DNA of 64,000 nt from Acidimicrobiia bacterium (GTDB lineage Bacteria > Actinomycetota > Acidimicrobiia > Spongiisociales > UBA11373): assembly GCA_046714175.1 (NCBI GenBank), contig JBKKBI010000062.1, positions 5,344 through 69,343 on the forward strand, in the 5' to 3' direction. This document shows positions 58,353 to 64,000 of this stretch, one piece after another. Below the pieces are notes generated by a model. The model did not search any database. It saw only the letters and a program-made list of their open reading frames with translations, and was not told the origin of the DNA. Every line of letters begins with the position of its first letter. Within the stretch, counting starts at the first letter, position 1. The position numbers were made by a program, and so were the translations under genes.

Positions 58353-58534
58353 TTTGGCCAGGCCTCCGGTGATGTTCAGGTCGACCCCGCTATGGAGCCG
58401 AGATTTGTTATGGCGAGCCTGAACACTATTCCGGGCGGACAGTGATGGCAAAACTCGACCCGAAATGTCAGCGAGACCGGCGTGGTCTTGCCGGATGACA
58501 CCAACCTCCGGAGGGGCGCACCCGGCGCTAACCG

Positions 58535-59635
58535 TCAGCTGCGTCCTACCAAAAGGGGGATTCGGACCTCCTCCGGGGTGAGACCGCCGTGCTGGCCGAT
58601 GAGCCGTTCGTCGGCGTGCTTGTGGAACACCACCCAGCCCGGCCGCGGCAAGAGGATGCCGTCAGGAGCCCGTCCGGCGAAGCCGGGGTGCGGGGTACCG
58701 GGTCCCCACCAATGCGCCATGGTCTCTCGGAGCGCGAAGTCGACGCCGAGTTCGGCGGCGAGAGACTCCACTTCTCCGTAAACGAACGGAGCCCGGGGGT
58801 CGCCGCCAAAGTCCCGCTCGTCGTGGTCCTTCTTGGGGATGTTGATGCGACGGTCTTCGGGGACGTCGACGTGGCCGTGGTCGGCGGTGCCCACCGCGAT
58901 GGCATGCGCCGGCAGGCGGCGCACCATTCGCTCCCACATCCGGGATGCGAGGGTGATCGCCTCGGTGTAGTCGTCGCTTGCCTGACCGGAGACATGAGCG
59001 GCGAAGTCGACATGGGGGAGGTAGAAGAAGACGAGCCTCCCCGGCACCCGGGTCAGCTCGGCGGCGATGTCCGCCGCCTCATCCTCGTCGTCCCACGCCT
59101 CGAACCGGCAACCCCGGTACAGCATCCGGCTCATCGGGGAGTCGTCGAAGTTCCATGGTTGCAGGGTCACCGGTTCGATCCCATGGGAGGCGAGGCGCTC
59201 CCAAAGGTTGGGCATGGGGAGGAAGCCCCAGAGGTCGTGGTCGATGGGCTCACCCCACTGCGTGGTCCACTTGATCGTGTTGACCACGTGGCCGGTCTCG
59301 GGAACTCGCAGCTGGTAGCCGAGCAGCCCGTGCTCGATGGGGGTCATGCCAGTGGCGATGGTCGCCATGCTCACCGTCGTCGTGGTCGGCCAGCCGGAGG
59401 TGACGGAGCCAACCCGAGCCGCCGCCAGCGGAGCCGCTGCCGTATGCGCCAGCTGATGATCGCCCAGACCATCGAACAACATCAAGACATAGGACTCGGC
59501 TGCGGGGATCGCCGCGGCCAGGTCGGAGTGCAGACCCGGATGCCGCGCGGTTCCCGTCAGGCGCCGCTCCAACTCTGCGACCAGGTTGACGAGCGAGCCG
59601 CCGGAGTAGTCGGGCAACAGGAAGTCATTAGTCAT
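58535..59635 (-). CDS. Alkaline-phosphatase-superfamily metalloenzyme (type I phosphodiesterase / nucleotide pyrophosphatase-like)
   Basis: MLFDGLGDHQLAH...TTTVSMATIATGMTPIEHGLLGY...GTADHGHVDV. Confidence 0.6.
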   Translation of the reverse strand: MTNDFLLPDYSGGSLVNLVAELERRLTGTARHPGLHSDLAAAIPAAESYVLMLFDGLGDHQLAHTAAAPLAAARVGSVTSGWPTTTTVSMATIATGMTPIEHGLLGYQLRVPETGHVVNTIKWTTQWGEPIDHDLWGFLPMPNLWERLASHGIEPVTLQPWNFDDSPMSRMLYRGCRFEAWDDEDEAADIAAELTRVPGRLVFFYLPHVDFAAHVSGQASDDYTEAITLASRMWERMVRRLPAHAIAVGTADHGHVDVPEDRRINIPKKDHDERDFGGDPRAPFVYGEVESLAAELGVDFALRETMAHWWGPGTPHPGFAGRAPDGILLPRPGWVVFHKHADERLIGQHGGLTPEEVRIPLLVGRS

Positions 59636-59758
59636 GAGTCGTGGTTCTCGAGCCAGGGGCGCATCAGCGGAGAGGGTACGGCTCGGGCTGGCGGCTGGTG
59701 GCAAGGCCCTGGTTCCCCCTTCCTATACTCCCGCCGGACATCGGCCCCGGGGAAGGCA

Positions 59759-60127
59759 GTGACCGACTACTTCCAGGACTACATCACCGTGGCGGTGTTC
59801 GCCGGTGCCGGCATATTCCTGGTGGCCATCGCCCTGGGAGCCAGCGCCCTGCTCCGTCCCCACAAGCCCTCGGTGGTCAAGCGCCAGTCGTACGAGTGCG
59901 GGATCAACCCCGTCGGCGACGGGTGGAGCCAAACCCAGGTGCGCTACTACATCTTTGCGCTGCTTTTCCTCATCTTCGACGTCGAGGCGGTGTTCATCTT
60001 CCCCTGGGCGGTGCAGCTGGAAAGCCTGGGAGCGTTCGCGCTGGTGGAAATGGCGATCTTCATCGTCATCCTTCTTGGTGGCCTCGTATACGCGGTACGC
60101 AAGGGGGTGCTGCGGTGGGAGTCCTAG
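59759..60127 (+). CDS. nuoA: NuoA-like subunit of the second complex-I-type operon
   Basis: [10 protein letters not shown]...[12 protein letters not shown]. Confidence 0.8.
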   Translation: MTDYFQDYITVAVFAGAGIFLVAIALGASALLRPHKPSVVKRQSYECGINPVGDGWSQTQVRYYIFALLFLIFDVEAVFIFPWAVQLESLGAFALVEMAIFIVILLGGLVYAVRKGVLRWES

Positions 60128-60612
60128 ACCGCTTCGAGACTCCCAAACCCATCTCCTGGCTTCTCAACTGGAGCCGCAAGTACTCGCTCTGGATGTTCCA
60201 GTTCGGGCTGGCCTGTTGTGCCATCGAGTTGATGGCGGCCTCGGGACCCCGCTACGACTTCATGCGGTTCGGGATCATTCCCTTGCCGGCCTCCCCGCGC
60301 CAGGCTGACCTGATGATCGTGGCCGGCACCGTCACCGACAAGATGGCCCCGGCAATCCGGCGCCTCTATGACCAGATGCCCGAGCCCAAGTACGTGATCT
60401 CGATGGGGTCGTGTTCCAACTGCGGTGGGCCGTACTGGGACTCGTATAGCGTCACCAAGGGCGTTGATCAGGTGATCCCGGTCGACGTGTACGTCCCCGG
60501 CTGCCCGCCCCGACCCGAGGCGTTGATGGACGGCATCGTCCTCTTGCAAAAGAAGATTCAGGCGGAGAACATCAAGGCCAAGTGGAACGAGCGTGACCGT
60601 GAACCCGTCTGA
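60115..60612 (+). CDS. nuoB: NuoB-like subunit (second operon)
   Basis: [11 protein letters not shown]...[15 protein letters not shown]...VPGCPP. Confidence 0.85.
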   Translation: MGVLDRFETPKPISWLLNWSRKYSLWMFQFGLACCAIELMAASGPRYDFMRFGIIPLPASPRQADLMIVAGTVTDKMAPAIRRLYDQMPEPKYVISMGSCSNCGGPYWDSYSVTKGVDQVIPVDVYVPGCPPRPEALMDGIVLLQKKIQAENIKAKWNERDREPV

Positions 60613-61174
60613 GGTTGCGGCACGTTTCGCCGGGATGGTGGGGGCGACCCGCCACTCTGCAGACTTTGAAACCGCCAAGGTCTACGTCACCCGGGATCAG
60701 TGGGTCGAGGCGCATCGCACGCTGCAGCAGCAACTCCCCTACTTCTCCTGGCTCGGCGCCATCGACTGGGCCAACGAGCGCGCGGTGGGGGAGGCCCCCG
60801 AGGAGCCGGTTACTGAGCGTTACGAGGTGCTCACCCGCCTCGGCGACGTGACCGTGGGGACCGCGGTGATGATCTCCACCGACTTGCCCAAGGACGATCC
60901 CCGGCTGCCGTCGTTGATCGGTATCTACCCCGGGGCGAATTGGCATGAGCGCGAGTCGGCCGAAATGTTCGGAATCGTCTTCGAAGGTCATCCCAATACC
61001 GCGCATCTCTATCTCCCCGACGGGTTCGAGGGGCATCCGCTCCGCAAAACCTTTCCCCTATTGAGTCGGGACGTCAAGCCATGGCCGGGGCTGGTGGATG
61101 TGGAAGGCATGCCCGGGGAGGCCAACGTGGAAGCGGGCGACGCCGCCCCTGGGGAAGAGGAGGCGGAGTCATGA
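60593..61174 (+). CDS. nuoC: NuoC-like subunit (second operon)
   Basis: [38 protein letters not shown]. Confidence 0.8.
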   Translation: MTVNPSEVAARFAGMVGATRHSADFETAKVYVTRDQWVEAHRTLQQQLPYFSWLGAIDWANERAVGEAPEEPVTERYEVLTRLGDVTVGTAVMISTDLPKDDPRLPSLIGIYPGANWHERESAEMFGIVFEGHPNTAHLYLPDGFEGHPLRKTFPLLSRDVKPWPGLVDVEGMPGEANVEAGDAAPGEEEAES

Positions 61175-62361
61175 CCGATCGCCGCCTCGCCGCCATCCAC
61201 GCCAGCGAGGTTTCGGTGTCGGTGGAGTTGGAGACCCCCGACATGACCCTCAACCTGGGACCGCAGCATCCGTCGACACACGGGGTGCTCCGCTTGGTGG
61301 CCAAGGTCGATGGCGAGGTCATCCAGTCGGTGGAGCCGGTGATCGGGTACATGCACCGCGGCTACGAGAAGCTCGCCGAGGTACGCACCTATCCGCAGAT
61401 CACCGCCCTGGTGAATCGCATCGACTGGGTGTCAGGCTTCGCCAATGAGATTCCGTTCATTGTGGCGGTAGAGCGCCTCATGGGCATCGAACCCCCGCCG
61501 CGGGCGCAGTACATCCGTCTCATTCTGACCGAGATGGCGCGGATCTCATCCCACCTCGTGTTTCTTTCCTCCTACCCCCTCGAGTTGGGCGCGGCCACAC
61601 CGCTGATGCACGCACTCCGGGAACGGGAGCGGGTGCTCGACCTAATCGAGGGTGTCACCGGCGGCCGGTTCCATCCCAACTTCAATCGGATCGGCGGGGT
61701 CAAGCCCGCCGCCGGCGCTGGCTCGACCCAGAAGAAGGTGACCCAGGACCTTCCCGCCGGTTTCCTCGCCGACACGCGCAAGGCGATGGATGCGGTGGAT
61801 GCGGTGTGCGACGACATGGTGAATCTGGTCCTGGGCAATGAGATCTTCGTCCAACGCACCCGTGGGGTGGGGATCATGCCCAAAGACCGGGCATTGGCTT
61901 TCGGCGTTTCCGGACCCAACCTGCGCGCCTCGGCGGTGCGCTTCGACCTGCGCAAGACCGACCACTACCTGCCCTATGGCGACTTCGAGTTCGACATCCC
62001 CACCGGAGTCAACGGGGACTGCTTCGACCGCTATCAGGTGCGTCTCGAGGAGATCCGCCAGGCCACCCGCATCGTTCGCCAGGCGATCGACGGGCTGCCG
62101 GGAGGGGAACTGCAGGCCAAGGTTCCCCGGATCATCAAAGTCCCCAAGGGCGAGCTCTACGTTCGGGCGGAGAACCCGAAGGGCGAGATGGGCTACTTCG
62201 TGGTGTCGGAGGGCGGTCGCGGCCCGTATCGGCTCAAGATCCGTTCCGCGTCGTTCTCCAATCTCTCGGTTCTCCCCTGGCTGTTGGCGGGCCAGCTGAT
62301 CCCGGACATCATCGCCATCCTCGGCAGCCTGGACTTCGTGCTCGGGGACGTGGACCGATGA
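61171..62361 (+). CDS. nuoD: NuoD-like subunit (second operon)
   Basis: MTLNLGPQHPSTHGVLRL. Confidence 0.85.
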   Translation: MTDRRLAAIHASEVSVSVELETPDMTLNLGPQHPSTHGVLRLVAKVDGEVIQSVEPVIGYMHRGYEKLAEVRTYPQITALVNRIDWVSGFANEIPFIVAVERLMGIEPPPRAQYIRLILTEMARISSHLVFLSSYPLELGAATPLMHALRERERVLDLIEGVTGGRFHPNFNRIGGVKPAAGAGSTQKKVTQDLPAGFLADTRKAMDAVDAVCDDMVNLVLGNEIFVQRTRGVGIMPKDRALAFGVSGPNLRASAVRFDLRKTDHYLPYGDFEFDIPTGVNGDCFDRYQVRLEEIRQATRIVRQAIDGLPGGELQAKVPRIIKVPKGELYVRAENPKGEMGYFVVSEGGRGPYRLKIRSASFSNLSVLPWLLAGQLIPDIIAILGSLDFVLGDVDR

Positions 62362-63383
62362 GCGCGCTCCTCGACAACTTCTGGGTGCTTCTCGGCCTCA
62401 AGGTCCTGGTGATCGCGGCGGTGGTCCCCCTGGTCTCCCTGGTGTTCATCTTCGCCGAGCTGAAGATCTCGGCTCACATGCAGAGCCGCATCGGCCCCTA
62501 CTTTGCGGGTGGCCGCTTCGGCTGGGCGCAGCCGCTCGCCGACGGTCTCAAGTTCATGCAGAAGGAAGACCTGATGCCGGCCGACGCCGATGCTCCGGTC
62601 TTCAAGTTCGCTCCCATGATCGTTCTGATGTCCACCATTGCGGTGTTTGTGATCGTGCCGTTCAGTCCGAGGTTGATCGTGCGCGATCTCGATCTTGGGG
62701 TCTTCTACGCCCTTGCCATCGGCTCCTTTGGCACCATCGGCGTGCTGATGGCGGGCTGGTCGTCGGCCAACAAGTACTCGTTGATGGGCGGGTTGCGCGC
62801 CGCCGCCCAGTTGATCGCCTACGAGTTGCCGCTCGTGCTGGCGGTGGTGGGTGTCGTGATCCAGGCGGGGACCATGTCCCTGAACGGGATCGTGGCTGCC
62901 CAGGCCGAGCCGGTGTTCATGCTGGGCGACTTCGCCGTACGGCTGCCCTACCTGATGCAGGGCCAGGTGATCGGTTTTGCCATCTTCATCATCGCCATGC
63001 TCGCCGAGTTGAACCGGACGCCATTCGACATGCCGATCGCCGAGTCGGAGCTGGTGATGGGGTATCTCACCGAGTACTCGGGCCTGCGCTTCACCATGTT
63101 CTTCCTCGCCGAGTACGCCGGGATGTTCTCCATGTCGGCCATCGCCGCCACCTTGTTCTTGGGCGGCTGGTACATGCCCGGTCTCTCCCTGGACCTCCTC
63201 GAGTTCGTCGGCCCATTGATTCTCATGGGCAAGGTGTCGCTTCTGGTGTTCGTCATCATCTGGATCCGGTGGACCTTCCCCCGTCTGCGTGAGGACCAGC
63301 TGCAATCGCTGGCGTGGCGGTGGCTGATTCCGCTTGCCCTGCTCAATATCGTCGGAACCGCAGTCGTAAAGGTGGTCCTGTGA
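62358..63383 (+). CDS. nuoH: NuoH-like subunit (second operon), immediately after nuoD with no nuoEFG
   Basis: [31 protein letters not shown]...[20 protein letters not shown]. Confidence 0.85.
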   Translation: MSALLDNFWVLLGLKVLVIAAVVPLVSLVFIFAELKISAHMQSRIGPYFAGGRFGWAQPLADGLKFMQKEDLMPADADAPVFKFAPMIVLMSTIAVFVIVPFSPRLIVRDLDLGVFYALAIGSFGTIGVLMAGWSSANKYSLMGGLRAAAQLIAYELPLVLAVVGVVIQAGTMSLNGIVAAQAEPVFMLGDFAVRLPYLMQGQVIGFAIFIIAMLAELNRTPFDMPIAESELVMGYLTEYSGLRFTMFFLAEYAGMFSMSAIAATLFLGGWYMPGLSLDLLEFVGPLILMGKVSLLVFVIIWIRWTFPRLREDQLQSLAWRWLIPLALLNIVGTAVVKVVL

Positions 63384-63850
63384 TGGCGCCGAAGCTCCCC
63401 GGAGTCGGTCTCGCCAAGGGTCTGTGGCTGACGTTGCGGACCCTGTTCACCCGCCCGGCCACGATCAACTACCCGAAGGAGAAAGAGGTGCTGGTGCCGC
63501 GGGCCCGCGGTGTCATCGCCCTCGATGTCGAAGCGTGCACGGTGTGCATGCTGTGCGCCCGCGAGTGTCCCGACTGGTGCATCTACATCGAAGGACACAA
63601 AGAGATGCAGCCCCCGTCGAAGCCGGGCGGCAAGCCGCGCAGTCGGGCGACCCTCGATCGCTTCGACATCGACTACGCCCTCTGCATGTATTGCGGTATC
63701 TGTGTCGAGGTGTGCCCGTTCGACGCTCTGTTCTGGTCTCCCGATTACGAGTACTCCGAGGGTTCCATCTCGAGCCTGCTCCACGACAAGGAGCGGCTCA
63801 CCGATTGGCTTGCCACCGTGCCCAAGCCCCCGGCCCTGGAGAGCCAGTGA
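63383..63850 (+). CDS. nuoI: NuoI-like subunit (second operon)
   Basis: [16 protein letters not shown]...[16 protein letters not shown]. Confidence 0.85.
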   Translation: MAPKLPGVGLAKGLWLTLRTLFTRPATINYPKEKEVLVPRARGVIALDVEACTVCMLCARECPDWCIYIEGHKEMQPPSKPGGKPRSRATLDRFDIDYALCMYCGICVEVCPFDALFWSPDYEYSEGSISSLLHDKERLTDWLATVPKPPALESQ

Positions 63851-64000
63851 TGCAATTCACCGACTGGATCGCCGATGCCCGCAACGTCGTGTTCCTCGTG
63901 ATCGCGTTGGCGATGGTGGGGGCAGCGGTGCTGGTAGTGACCAGTCGCAATGTCGTGCACGCCGCACTGATGCTGGTGGTGGCGCTGGCCGGGTCGGCGG
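63850..64000 (+). CDS. nuoJ: NuoJ-like subunit (second operon), partial at the window end
   Basis: [44 protein letters not shown]... Confidence 0.7.
   Translation, partial: MQFTDWIADARNVVFLVIALAMVGAAVLVVTSRNVVHAALMLVVALAGSA

Noticed and set aside
58353-58534. IdeR/DtxR iron box upstream of the Fe(III) transporter.
   Set aside because: The best alignment to TTAGGTTAGGCTAACCTAA matched at fewer than half the positions.

Overview
This 64 kb window is high-GC, gene-dense chromosome from an Actinomycetota-type genome. Supporting markers are the mycothiol glycosyltransferase MshA, NrdR boxes upstream of a class II ribonucleotide reductase, Rex, and a complete nuoA-N operon.

Content in order:
- A partial B12-dependent ribonucleotide reductase (nrdJ) with tandem NrdR boxes.
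- A secreted amidase and small secreted or membrane proteins.
- A tyrosine/homogentisate-type catabolic cluster: hppD, an HMG-CoA-lyase-like gene, an unknown gene translationally coupled to fahA, and a convergent class-II aminotransferase.
- A MoaD-membrane fusion and an M23 peptidase.
- A 4-gene overlapping operon ending in mshA.
- A 390 bp structured non-coding gap.
- A Clp1-like P-loop protein, a SAM hydroxide adenosyltransferase, a glutaredoxin-like protein and rex.
- An unusual respiratory island: membrane protein, 2x[4Fe-4S] ferredoxin, split cytochrome b6/subunit-IV-like, Rieske, an extended diheme cytochrome c and a membrane protein. Divergent from it lies a His-poor polytopic membrane protein fused to a CcoO-like cytochrome c, plus another cytochrome c.
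- ltaE and a geranylgeranyl-reductase-family gene.
- An accessory-looking stretch: lipoproteins, a DMT transporter, a DUF1801 protein, a PD-(D/E)XK+wHTH protein and a VOC protein.
- The full nuoABCDEFGHIJKLMN operon.
- A bactofilin-repeat membrane protein and an Fe(III)-type ABC transporter.
- An alkaline-phosphatase-family protein and the start of a second nuo operon (nuoA-B-C-D-H-I-J...) with no nuoEFG in the sequenced part.

Other notable features:
- Tandem 7-bp repeat arrays (units ccggaga, gcaacgg, ctacccg, catctgt, gagtcat) at many gene junctions.
- A dispersed G/C-rich REP-like palindrome.
- An HMG-CoA lyase with no canonical start codon.

No rRNA, tRNA, CRISPR array or obvious transposase/integrase was recognised.

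The ORF track omits ORFs that run off the window edge and ORFs under 60 aa. It also lists many long artefactual reading frames typical of high-GC DNA.
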